64,000 nt of DNA, from assembly GCF_006345805.1 (NCBI RefSeq), contig NC_043023.1, forward strand, positions 19,158,001-19,222,000, given 5' to 3'. Shown piece after piece: positions 50,451-61,992 of the stretch. The translations under genes and the position numbers were made by a program. How positions within the stretch are numbered: position 1 is the stretch's first letter; each line of letters starts with the position of its first letter. Under the pieces are notes generated by a model, which worked only from the letters and a program-made list of their open reading frames with translations, ran no database searches and was not told where the DNA came from. The DNA comes from Octopus sinensis (lineage: Eukaryota).

Positions 50451-50852
50451 CTCTTTTACTCTTTTACTTGTTTCAGTCATTTGACTGCGGCCATGCTGGA
50501 GCACCGCCTTTAGTCGAGCAAATCGACCCCGGGACTTATTCTTTTGTAAGCCCAGTACTTATTCTATCGGTCTCTTTTGCCGAACCGCTAAGTGACGGGG
50601 ACATAAACACACCAGCATCGGTTGTCAAGCAATGCTAGGGGGACAGACACAGACACACAAACACACATACATATATATATACATATATATGACGGGCTTC
50701 TTTCAGTTTCCATTGACCAAATCCACTGACAAGGCATTGGTCGGCCCGGGGCTATAGCAGAAGACTCTAGCCCAAGGTGCCACGCAGTGGGACTGAACCC
50801 GGAACCATGTGGTTGGTAAACGAGCTACTTACCATACAGCCACTCCTGCGCC
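50451..50852 (-). mobile_element. SINE family A, full copy
   Basis: Reverse complement head to tail. Confidence 0.88.
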
Positions 50853-51018
50853 ATCATCATCATCATCATCATTTAGCGTCTGCTTTCCATGCTAGCATGG
50901 GTTGGACGGTTCAACTGGGGTCTGGGAAGCCAGAAAGCTGCACCAGGCCCAGTCTGATCTGGCAATGTTTCTACGGCTGGATGCCCTTCCTAACGCCATG
51001 TACTTATATATATATATA

Positions 51019-51473
51019 AGGAGTGGCTGTGTGGTAAGTAGCTTGTTTACCAACCATATGGTTCCGGGTTCAGTCCCACTGCGTGGCACCTTGGGCAAGT
51101 GTCTTCTACTATAGCCTTGGGCCGACCAAAGCCTTGTGAGTGGATTTGGTAGACGGAAACTGAAAGAAGCCCGTCGTATATATGTGATATATATTATATA
51201 TATATATATAGATATTATATATATAATATATGTATATTATATATATAGTTTGTGTGTGTATGTCTGTATGCCTGTGTTTGTCTCCCTAGCATTGCTTGAC
51301 CCGATGCTGGTGTGTTTATGTCCCCGTCACTTAGTGGTTCAGCAAAACAGACCGATAGAATAAGTACTGGGCTTATAAAAGAATAAGTCCCGGGGTCGAG
51401 TTGCTCGATTAAAGGCGGTGCTCCAGCATGGCCACAGTCAAATGACTGAAACAAGTAAAAGAGTAAAAGAGAG
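51019..51473 (+). mobile_element. SINE family A, full copy
   Basis: Head to tail. Confidence 0.88.
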
Positions 51474-51482
51474 TATATAAAG

Positions 51483-51793
51483 GAGCACTCCATTGGTTAG
51501 GACAATGATGGCCCCAGCTGATACGATCAAGGGAACAGCTTGCTCGAGAAATTAATGTGCGAGTGGCTGAGTGCTCCACAGGCATGGGTTCCCTTAACGT
51601 AGTTCTCAGGGATATTCAGTGTGACACATAGTCTGACAAGGCTGGCCCCTTTGAAATACAGGTCCTACTAATTTTTGGACTGGAGCAACATGAAATAAAG
51701 TGTCTTGCTCAAGGACATAATGCATCATTGAGAATTGAACTCACAACCTCATGATCGTGAGCCAAATGCCCTAACCACTGAGCCATGTACCTT
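51483..51793 (-). mobile_element. SINE family C
   Basis: Same body as 39170-39478. Confidence 0.65.
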
Positions 51794-51853
51794 CACACAA
51801 CAACAACAACAACAACAACGGTAGAAACTCATTAAATTAACTGAAATACTTAC

Positions 51854-52023
51854 GTGCCGAACAGATGACCCCTGCGTCTTCAAAGTGGTCGCAGTTGTGT
51901 TGACCAATCTGAGGATATCGACAGTCCTCGATGGTCGATTCACTCCCCATGCAGTTGACATCGTCCAGCCAAATGGTGCCGGTCCCAGGACCAAAATTGC
52001 CATTAATCGTTGCAACTCCAACA
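51854..52023 (-). CDS. Multi-SRCR gene exon W7 (second half SRCR 3)
   Basis: tatttag|T...CAC|gtaag; 170 nt, phase 2-1; [56 protein letters not shown]. Confidence 0.95.
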
Positions 52024-52064
52024 CTAAATAACAACAACAACACCAACAATTACTGCAATTGTGC

Positions 52065-52875
52065 TGGTTATTTAATTTATTTTAATTTAATTAAATTTTT
52101 ATTGGCTCAAAAAACAAAAAGCAAGGCCATGTAGGGGGACAGGGAGTTATGTAGCGGGAGTGTGGTCATACAAAGAGTTCAGGCCATTTCTGGTCAAGAG
52201 AGACTTTGAACCGAGCGGTCGTTGGCATCTTCAATATCTCGTCCGGCAGCTTATCCCACGGATCCGCAACCCGGATGGAGAAAGCACCTCTCCTTCGATT
52301 GAGATGAAATCGTCGTAGATAGAGCTTTTCGGAGTGACCCTGCAGCCCACGCTCTGGAGCAGGAGTGAAGAACAGCTCTTTCGAGAGGTTATATTAGTTA
52401 AAGGTGACAAGTTTTTAAATCGTTGTTGCGGGCACAAACGGACGGAGAAAGCCTCTCTCTTTCGATTGAGATGAAATCGTCGTAGATAGAGCTTTTCGGA
52501 GTGACCCCGCAGCCCTCGCTCTGGAGCAGGAGTGAAAAACAGCTCTTTCGAGAGGTTATATTAGTTAAAGGTGACAAGTTTTTAAATCGTTGTTGCGTGG
52601 CACAAACGGACGGAGAAAGCCCCTCTCCTTCGATTGAGATGAAATCATCGCAGATAGAGCTTTTCAGAGTGACCCCACAGCCCACGCTCTGGAGCAGGAA
52701 TGAAGAACAGCTCTTTTGAGAGGTTATATTAGTTAAAGGTGACAAGTTTTTAAATTGTTGTTGCGTGACACAAACAGACGGAGAAAGCCCCTCCCCTTCA
52801 ATTGAGACAAAATCGTCGTAGATAGAGCTTTTTGGAGTGACCACCGCAGCGCTCGCTCTGGAGCAGGAGTGAAGC
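52065..52875 (-). mobile_element. CR1-type LINE 3' end with a ~168-bp segment repeated about 3.5 times
   Basis: RGHSEKLYLRRFHLNRRRGAFSIRVADPWDKLP; unit starts at 52273, 52440, 52608, 52776; near-identical to 61341-61792. Confidence 0.85.
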
Positions 52876-52999
52876 TGACTTTACCATCCGTCCTTTTGGG
52901 AGACAATTAAATAAAAACCTGTTTAATACAGGGATCAATGTAATTAGCTAAATCTCTCACCCAAAATTTCAAATCTTGTGTCTATTGTAGAAAGAAGTA

Positions 53000-53001
53000 T
53001 T

Positions 53002-53059
<58 letters not shown>

Positions 53060-53406
53060 TATGTTTGACTTTTGCTTTATATTTGTACAAGTTGGCTCCA
53101 AGTCTCACCCCAGAGACTTCAAGGGACAACAGGTTGGAAGTTCACGTTGTTGTTATGCCTAGTGTACCATATATTTGGTTTTGTATTTAGTGTTGTACTA
53201 GTGAATGCCTAAAAAACAAACATACAAAAATTATGTTTGTTTTAAACCTTGAGATTACATAGAAAGTATTTTGCGTAGGATATGAACAGTTCCCATGAGC
53301 ACTATCTTTTGAATTTCTGCCATTTTGGAGTTTCCTGATATCTGAGTTAGGTAGCAATCAGCCCCTTTCACTATCATTCCCAGGGCACCTATGACAACAG
53401 GTATTG

Positions 53407-53452
<46 letters not shown>
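53000..53452 (-). mobile_element. R4/Dong-like LINE 3' fragment embedded in (TAA)n
   Basis: IPVVIGALG...IQKIVLMGTVHILRKIL; (att)n at 53000-53058 and 53408-53452. Confidence 0.75.
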
Positions 53453-54084
53453 GTGTGAGAGAGCAGTGCATGCCATCAAAGTGATGCTGGGGTAGAATAT
53501 ACGAAGTCCAGTATACCCATCATGACTACCCGTCTGATAAGGGTACACTAGGCACATGCATCACAACCATATGTGCGCGACATGGTGATCTCATATCAAG
53601 ATAAACAGCACATGACCTTGCAGGTGGGGGTCCAGTTAGAATTTTCTTCTGGTCGAGTAACCCATCCCACTCAAAAGGTCCCTGAATAAGGGTTGTTTAA
53701 GGATGTTGAATGATGATTATCACCACTTGAAATTCTCATGAACCTTTTCATGACATGGTGAATTCCATAGGAGCTGGCTTAACCCCTCCCAGGTGAATGC
53801 CATGCATGAACAACACCCATCTTATTCTGGGTCCATTCCTAGGCCTCGTCCCAGTCAGCTTCATTTGGAACTCTGCAATTCTTTCCTGCAACATTCTGTG
53901 ACCCTTCCACGTGGAGAAGTAGCATTTTGACCTGAAGAGACTCAAAAAAAAAAAAAGGGCTGTAACCATAATGGTGGTGCCCCAGCATGGCCACAGCTCA
54001 AGAGCTGAAACTGGAAAACATAAACATAAACATAAATATAATAAAAAAAAAAAGTAAAAGGGATGAAGCAATCATCAGACTTAC

Positions 54085-54232
54085 TTGTATCCCATCATCC
54101 TACAGATGACAGCAGCATCCCTATCATCCCATTCATCGTCACAGACTGTACCCCAGACATTGTTGATTCTCAATTCTACACGGCCTTCATTGTGGTTTCT
54201 GCTGCCAGCTAACCTCACATTGTGGTCAATTA
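54085..54232 (-). CDS. Multi-SRCR gene exon W6 (first half SRCR 3)
   Basis: ttcag|TA...CAA|gtaag; 148 nt, phase 1-2; [49 protein letters not shown]. Confidence 0.95.
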
Positions 54233-54283
54233 CTGAATTGAGAAAACACAGATGAAGATATATTGGTATATGTGTCTATATAA

Positions 54284-54961
54284 AAGAGAAGTTGTGTGTC
54301 TGTCTCCTACGATTTAGATTCCTAACTACTCCCACATTTTGCGGTGCAGTTTAACCAAAACCGGGTATCTTATAGTCGTGATTCATATCGAGCCCTTCTG
54401 GGTATTAGCGCACGTCTATGATGAGTCTACAATTTTAAAAATAATTTACCATCATTTTTTTCCATTTTAATGCATTTTTTGGCTATTTTTTGGCTATAAC
54501 TCTCTAAAAATGCTTGTATAGTTATTTCCCTTACAAACCCGAGCAACGCCGGGCGATACTGCTAGTTATATATAAAAGTCAACTTGTGTGTCTGTCTCCT
54601 ACGATTTAGATTCCTAACTACTCCCATATTTTGCAGTGCAGTTTAACCAAAACCGGGTATCTTATAGTCATGATTCATATCGAGCCCTTCTGGGTATTAG
54701 CGCACGTCTACGATGAGTCTACAATTTTAAAAATAATTTACCATCATTTTTTTCCATTTTAATGCATTTTTTCGCTATTATATAAGGGAAGTAACTCTCT
54801 AAAAATGTCTACGAAGATTCAACGATTTTTAAAAAAATTTACCATCATTTGTTTTCTATTTTTAATGCATTTTTTTGCTATTTTTTGGCTATAACTCTCT
54901 AAAAATGCTTATATAGTTATTTCCCTTACAAACCCGAGCAATGCCGGGCGATACTGCTAGT
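54284..54961 (-). mobile_element. Two head-to-tail Helitron-associated elements
   Basis: Copies 54284-54566 and 54567-54961, nearly identical to 1864-2250. Confidence 0.65.
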
Positions 54962-55328
54962 TTATATATATTATCCTTATGGTATTATCTTACTTATTGA
55001 TGTATATTGTTTTATTCTGTCTTATTCTGTTGGATTTGGATGTTCCTATTTAATATAAATAATTAGTTAATAAATTATATGAATTGGTATTATCTGTAAG
55101 TTGATGATTGAAAGAAATCTATTCCTCCATTTTCTTATTTTGTATTATGAATTTGAGGTAAAATATTTTACCTTCGCCCATATAATACAATAATGAAATA
55201 ATTGCATTGCAATTCTTAGCATTTATGTATTAGCCTCTCTGGGTACTTTATTGGCAGTATATTGGATAAATGTTATCCCATAGTGGGTTACACTCATAAC
55301 CCCTATCTCACTTTGTACTATATTATAT

Positions 55329-55372
<44 letters not shown>

Positions 55373-55532
55373 AAAAATATAAATATATGAAATATTTATA
55401 TTTTTAAAATAAACATACAAATTTCCACACACAAGCACGTAACCTCAAACGTGTCTTCTCTGATGTGAATTTGCTACCCAGGTATCGGTTAACCGAATTA
55501 TCCATAACAAGATAATTCATTCAACTACTCAA

Positions 55533-55563
<31 letters not shown>

Positions 55564-55664
55564 TAAATTAGAGATAAAACCACTATTAGGCAAATCAAAC
55601 AATGAAAAACATAAGCCAATACATAAAATTAATTAATTTATATTATTTTAAATATATGGCATGA

Positions 55665-56235
55665 CAATATAGCAAGGATTGTCCATTGAACACTTTGCAA
55701 CAAGTATGGACTTGACAGAGCAAAAAAGGGGTACGAACATAAACTCAAAGACATCATCGAAAATGAAAATGCAAAGATCCTATGGGATTTTATGATTCAA
55801 TGCGACCATGAGATAGAGAATAGGAAGCCAGACATAGTCTTAATTGAGAAAGAAAGCAAACGATGCTGGGTCATAGATATAGCGTGCCCAGCTGATAACA
55901 AGGTATGCGATAAGGAAGAAAGAAAAGTCGAAAGATATGACAGGTTAGCTTGGGATGTTAAGCAGCTGTGGTAGGGGAAAAAGGTGGTAGTAGTACCAAT
56001 AATTGTTGGAACACTGGGAACAGTGAGTAAAAATCTTGAAGTACATGGAACAAATAGGGGCTGCAATAAGGGTGGAACACTTTCAGAAAACAGCACTGCT
56101 TGGAACCGCTCGAATACTCCGGATGGTGCTTGAAAAATAAGATGTGTTATCTTAGATCATTGGTAGTGAAGAGCTGACACCATAGTACATCTCCAGTGAT
56201 AGAAACTGTGCAAAGACAATAAATAATAGTGCTTC
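55665..56235 (+). mobile_element. R4/Dong-like LINE 3' fragment (REL endonuclease)
   Basis: ILWDFMIQCDHEIENRKPDIVLIEK...IDIACPAD...KVERYDRL...VVPIIVGTLG. Confidence 0.85.
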
Positions 56236-56400
56236 TACAATCAGTACAAAGCCTGAAATTTTGTGGGAGGGGTCTTGTTGGTTACATCAACCCCAGTGTT
56301 TCACTGGTACTTCCGAAAAGATGAAAGGCAAAGTTGACCTCAAACAAATTTGAACTCAGATAAAATACTGCTAAGTGTTTCACTCAGCATGCTAATGTTT

Positions 56401-56819
56401 CTTATTTCTTTATTGCCCACAAGGGGCTAAACATAGGGGGGACAAACAAGGACAGACAAACGGATTAAGTCAATTATATCGACCCCAGTATGTAACTGGT
56501 ACTTAATTTATCGACCCCGAAAGGATAAAAGGCAAAGTCGACCTCAGCGGAATTTGAACTCAGAATGTAGCAGCAGACGAAATACCTATTTCTTTACTAC
56601 CCACAAGGGGCTAAACATAGAGGGGACAAACAAGGACAGACAAAGGGATTAAGTCGATTATATCGACACACCAGTGCATAACTGGTACTTAATTTATCGA
56701 CCCCGAAAGGATGAAAGGCAAAGTCGACCTCAGCGGAATTTGAACTCAGAATGTAGCGGCAGACGAAATACGGCTAAGCATTTCGCCCGGCGTGCTAACG
56801 TTTCTGCCAACTCGCCACC
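56401..56819 (-). mobile_element. SINE family D, head-to-tail dimer
   Basis: Same junction (gcagacgaaatac-ctatttcttt) as 1109-1697. Confidence 0.8.
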
Positions 56820-57378
56820 TTGGTATAAATATTGGTATTAACAGTAGTGTCATCATCATCATTATCATCATCGTTTAATGTCCCCCTTTCGTACTGGCAT
56901 GTGTTGAAGAATTTGACAGGAACTGGCCAGGCAGGAGCCTGTACCATGCTTCTGTATCTGTTTCGGTATGTTTTTTTATAGCTGGATGCCATTCCTAACA
57001 CCAGCCACCCCGTAAAGGGGCCTGGGTGTTTTTTATGTGGGACTCGCGGAGGTGGTTCAGCAAAATGGACCAAGAGAATAAGTACTAGGCTTACGAAGAA
57101 TAAGTCCTGGTGTCGATTTGCTCGACTAAAGGAGGTGCTCTAGCATGGCCACAGTCAAATGACTGAAACGAGTAAAAGAGTAAACTTAGCGATTCGGCAA
57201 AAGAGACCGATAGAATAAGTACTAGGCTTACAAAGAGTAAGTCCTGGGGTCGATTTGCTTGACTAAAAGCAGTGCTCCAGCATGGCTGCAGTCAAAATGA
57301 ATGGAACAAATAAAAAAAAGAGTAGCTATGTGTATGTGTGTGTGTGATTATAGAGACAACAATATTTATATCACCTAC

Positions 57379-57432
57379 CTCGTGGGGGTAGAGTGGTGCG
57401 AGGGGGATTCACACGAGAATGGTTTGGTTTAC
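57379..57432 (-). CDS. Multi-SRCR gene exon W5 (linker)
   Basis: tattttcag|GT...GAG|gtagg; 54 nt, phase 1-1; SKPNHSRVNPPRTTLPPR. Confidence 0.8.
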
Positions 57433-57656
57433 CTGAAAATACAGAAAAATATCATTATTACTTTATAGGTGCAAGCATGGCTGCGCGGTAAGAAGGTTGC
57501 TTCTGAGTCACATGGTTGTCGGTTCAGTCCCACTGTGTGGCACATTGGGGGTAAATTTGGTTCTGCTATAGCTTCGGAGTGACAAAGCCTTGTGAGTAGA
57601 TCTTGTGGACAGAAACTGAAAGAAGCCCATTGTATATATGTGTATGTTGTTTGTTC

Positions 57657-58251
57657 CTTCTCGAGCTATGCCTGGCTCATAAGGGCCGGTTTCCCGGTTT
57701 CCTTGGCGTATAGGTTCCCCACCTGGACGGGACGCCAGTCCGTCGCAGGTGAGCTGCAAGATGCAGGAGGAAAGAGAGAAAATTGTGGCGAAAGAGTCAG
57801 CAGAAGTTTCGCCATTACCACCTTCTGCCGGAGACACATGGAGCTTAGGTGTTTCACTCATAAACACACTCATCGCCCGGTCTGAGATTCGAACCTGCGA
57901 TCCCTCGACTGCGAGTCCGCTGCTCTAAACACTAGGCCATGTGTCTCCAAAAAATGTTCCTTCTTGAGCCATGCCAGTCTCATAAAGGCCAGTTTCCCGG
58001 TTTCTTGGCGTATAGGTTCCCCACCTGGACGGGACGCCGGTCCTTCACAGATGAGTTGCAAGATGCAGGAGGAAAGAGTGAGAGAAAGTTGTAGTGAATG
58101 AGTCAGCAGAGGTTCGCCATTACCTTCTGTCGGAGACGTGTGGAGCTTAGGTGTTTCACTCATAAATACACACATTGCCCGATCTGAGATTCGAACCCGC
58201 GATCCCTCGATCACGAGTCCGCTGCTCTAACCACTAGGCCATGTGCCTCCA
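57657..58251 (-). mobile_element. Two tandem SINE family B copies, tail type 2
   Basis: 57657-57944 and 57962-58251. Confidence 0.78.
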
Positions 58252-58824
58252 CGTATGTGTATGTATGTATGTGTATATGTATGTATGTGTGTGCATATGT
58301 GTGTTTGTGTATTTGTTTGCTCCCCACCAGTGATGGTGTGTTTATGTCCCCATAACTTAATGTTGTAGCAAAAGAGACAGATAAGAAAATAAACAGGCCT
58401 TAAAAATATAAAAGGGTTAATTCATTTGATTAAAATTCTTCAAGGTGGTGCCCCAGCATGGCCACAGTCTCACAACTGAAACAAGATAAAAACAACAGAT
58501 GATGACATACATACATATATGTATGTAGAAACATACAGGCATGGCTAGGAACTGGCACGGCTGTGTGGTAAGAAGCTTGTTTCCCACTATGGTACCAGGT
58601 TCAGTCCCACTGCGTAGCACTTGGGAAAGTGCTGTTTACTATATCTCTGGCCAACTAAAGCCTTGTAAGTGGATTTGGTAGACAGAAACTGAAAGAAGCC
58701 TGTTGTATATATGTATATATATATTTCTTCTTTTCCTTTTCTTGTTTAAGTCATTTGACTGCGACCAAGCTGGAGCACTGATTTATTTGTATATGTAGGT
58801 ATCATGGCATAAAGCACTACTTAC

Positions 58825-58994
58825 TGTACGAGCAGATCACACTGGCATCTTCGTGGTGGCCACAATTGCTGTGACCCCACCCAGAGTTGCGGCAGGCAGC
58901 TAGGTTGCTTTCATTCCCATTACAGCGGAGATCGTCGAGCCAGATGGGGCCAATTCCGGGGCCATAGCGAGCGAGTTTGAATGGACGGCCATAT
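58825..58994 (-). CDS. Multi-SRCR gene exon W4 (second half SRCR 2)
   Basis: ctgcag|A...ACA|gtaag; 170 nt, phase 2-1; [56 protein letters not shown]. Confidence 0.95.
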
Positions 58995-59757
58995 CTGCAG
59001 GAGAGAAAGTGGAAAGGAACAGGGTTAGTTAAAAGGGTAGATTCTGGGTGTGTGTATTCATACATATACACATACACATAAATGCACATACACACAGTGA
59101 TATTGTGTGGTAAGAAGCTTGCTTCCCAACCACATGGTTCTGGATTCAGTCCCACTGCATGGCACCTTGGACAGGTGTCTTCAACTATAGCCTTGGTTGA
59201 TGGAAACTGAAAGAATCCTGTCATACATATGTATGTATGTATGTGTGTATGTATGTGTGTGTATGTATGTGTGTGTATGTATGTGTGTATGTATGTGTGT
59301 GTATGTATGTGTGTGTATGTATGTGTGTGTGTATGTATTCATGTGTGTGTATGTAAGTATGTATGTGTGTGTATGTATGTGTGTGTATGTATGTATGAAT
59401 GTATGTATGTGTATGTATGTATGTGTGTATGTGTGTATGTATGTGTGTGTGTATGTATTTGTGTGTCTGTGTTTTCCCCCACCATCGCTTGACAACCAAT
59501 GCTGGTGTGTTTACATCCCCATAACTTAGCGGTTCAGCAAAAGACACTGATAGAATAAGTACGAAACTTAACAAACCAAAAAAGAAGGCAAGTACCAGAG
59601 TCAATTCATTCGACTCAAAATACAGGGCTGGAAAATAACGTCCTGGTTTCAATTTATTTGACTAAGAACTCTTCAAGGCTATGCCCCAGCATGGCCACAG
59701 TTTGTTGACTGAAACAAGAGAAAGAAAAGAGTAGGAAAAAGAGCAGTTTGAACTCAC

Positions 59758-59902
59758 ATGTATCCCATGTATCTGCACACGACTTGAGCCTCCCGCCAGT
59801 CGAACCCATCGTCACACACTGTGCCCCACTCACCACTGTAGTATATCTCGACTCGGCCTGACATCGCGTTCTCCCCATCGGCCAAACGAATCTGGAAGTC
59901 AA
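59758..59902 (-). CDS. Multi-SRCR gene exon W3 (first half SRCR 2)
   Basis: ttgcag|TT...CAT|gtgag; 145 nt, phase 1-2; IDFQIRLADGENAMSGRVEIYYSGEWGTVCDDGFDWREAQVVCRYMGY. Confidence 0.95.
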
Positions 59903-59941
59903 CTGCAAGGTAAAAGAAAGACAACAGCATAGTTAATACAG

Positions 59942-60014
<73 letters not shown>

Positions 60015-60420
60015 GGTGCAGGAGTGGCTGTGTGGTAAGTAGCTTGCTTACCAACCACATGGTTCCGGGCTCAGCCCCACTGCGTGGCATCTTGGGCAAG
60101 TGTCTTCTGCTATAGCCCCGGGCCGACCAATGCCTTGTGAGTGGATTTGGTAGGCGGAAACTGAAAGAAGCCTGTCGTATATATGTATATATGTATGTGT
60201 GTGTATATGTTTGTGTGTCTGTGTTTGTCCCACTAGCATTGCTTGACAACCGATGCTGGTGTGTTTATGTCCCCATCACTTAGCGGTTCGGCAAAAGATA
60301 CCGATAGAATAAGTACTGGGCTTACAAAGAATAAGTCCCGGGGTCGAGTTGCTCAATTAAAGGCAGTGCTCCAGCATGGCCGCAGTCAACTGACTGAAAC
60401 AAGTAAAAGAGTAAAAGAGT
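60015..60420 (+). mobile_element. SINE family A, full copy
   Basis: Head to tail. Confidence 0.88.
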
Positions 60421-60422
60421 AA

Positions 60423-60455
<33 letters not shown>

Positions 60456-60552
60456 TTTTATATATATATATATATACACACATGATAGATTGTTAGCCAC
60501 TACACACATTTTTTTCTCTCCTTGTTTCTTTCCTTGTTTTTTTTCTGTGTCC

Positions 60553-60588
60553 CTTTCTGTAGAAGAGCATAGGCTCAAAACGTAAAAG
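60553..60588 (+). ncRNA. Second A6U hammerhead-like copy, G12A
   Basis: CUUU CUGUAGA A GAGC-auag-GCUC AAAAC GU A AAAG; upstream flank homologous to 48735-48775. Confidence 0.5.
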
Positions 60589-60948
60589 ACCTGGGACTGG
60601 CCAAATCCTTGTAAGTGGATTTGGTTGATGGAAACTGAAAGAAACCCTTTGTGTATATAAAAGCGTGTGTGTTTGTGTCTGTATTTTTCTCTGTCCCCTC
60701 ACTGTCTGGCAACCTATGTTTGTGCATTTATGGCCCTGTAACTTAGTGGCTTGGCAAAAGTGACTGAGAAAATAAGCACCAGGCTAAAAACAAAAAGAAA
60801 ATTAATAAACACAGATTGATTTGATTGATTGATTTGACTGATTTGATTGATTGATTTGATTGATTAAAATTCTTTACTTTGGTGCTCCAGCATGGCTGCA
60901 GACTAGGGACTAAAATAAGTAAAAGATAAAAGATAGAGAGCAACTCAC

Positions 60949-61026
60949 TTCCTGGTTGTGGTGTCTGGCGTGGATGGAGTGTCTCTCCTGTGGTACTGTT
61001 CACCTGGGTTGTCGTCGGTATAGGAT
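60949..61026 (-). CDS. Multi-SRCR gene exon W2 (Pro/Thr linker)
   Basis: ttttcag|AT...GAA|gtgag; 78 nt, phase 1-1; DPIPTTTQVNSTTGETLHPRQTPQPG. Confidence 0.85.
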
Positions 61027-61160
61027 CTGAAAATGCACCAAACGCAAAGAAGCAAATTAAAAGCACAACAAACTTTACAATGCAAACATGGAGCACAGGC
61101 AAGTCTCTTCAGGTTTTCCCTTTTCTGCCCATGCCTTCCCAAAACCCTGAGTCCTCTTGA

Positions 61161-61192
61161 CCCCGATGAAAGACTCCTGTCTGAAACATTGG
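61161..61192 (+). ncRNA. Degenerate minimal hammerhead relic
   Basis: CC CCGAUGA A AGAC-uccu-GUCU GAAAC AU U GG. Confidence 0.35.
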
Positions 61193-61340
61193 ATGCTCCA
61201 CTCATCAACAGCATCTCAGTGTGACAGAAGTGGCTCCAGCTGATTTTCCCAAATAATATTAGTCTTCTGTGTCCTTATATAAGGACACAGAAAATGTGTC
61301 AAAGCCGACAGGAAACGTCGATGTTTCCTAGGGCTAAATA

Positions 61341-61792
61341 TTAGTTAGTTGGTTAATTTTTTGGCTCAAAAAGCAAAAAGCAAGGCCATGTAGGGGGACA
61401 TGGAGTTATGTACAGGGTGGTGTTCATGCAAAGAGTTCAGGCCATTTCTGGTCAAGAGAGACTTTGAACCAAGCGGTCGTTGGCATTTTCACTATCTCGT
61501 CCGGCAGCTTATTCCACGGATCCGCACCCGGACGGAGAAAGCCCCTCTCCTTCGATTGAGATGAAATCGTCACAGATAGAGCTTTTCGGAGTGACCCCGA
61601 GCTGACGCTCTGGAGCAGGAGTGAAGAACAGCTCTTTCGAGAGGTTACACTTTCTGCTTATGATGTCGTGAGCAAGAATGAGATCACCACGGTGTCGTCG
61701 TTTTTCTAGAGAATAAAGGTCGAGCGTCTTCAGCCTTTCTTCATAAGACCAAGAACTATGCGGGTAGCCAGCTTCTGGACTCTTTTGAGATG
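61341..61792 (-). mobile_element. CR1-type LINE 3' fragment inserted into a hammerhead-bearing element
   Basis: LKRVQKLATR...YEERLKTLDLYSLEKRRHRGDLIL...WNKLPDEIV (with frameshifts); (ttag)n-like tail at 61341. Confidence 0.88.
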
Positions 61793-61992
61793 CTGTGGTG
61801 TAATTCCCTTACGGGACTGTCACATTGAGTTGACAGTATACGACCACTATAACGCTCCACCACTGCTCATGTCTCTCTGAGAAATTTAGAAATTCAATAT
61901 TTCTAATTTTGGTAATCAGTAAATAAATTTTACTGAAAATGGGATATATTTGCAGAGAGATTGCAGTCATCTTAACAAGCGAGGCAGGCTAC

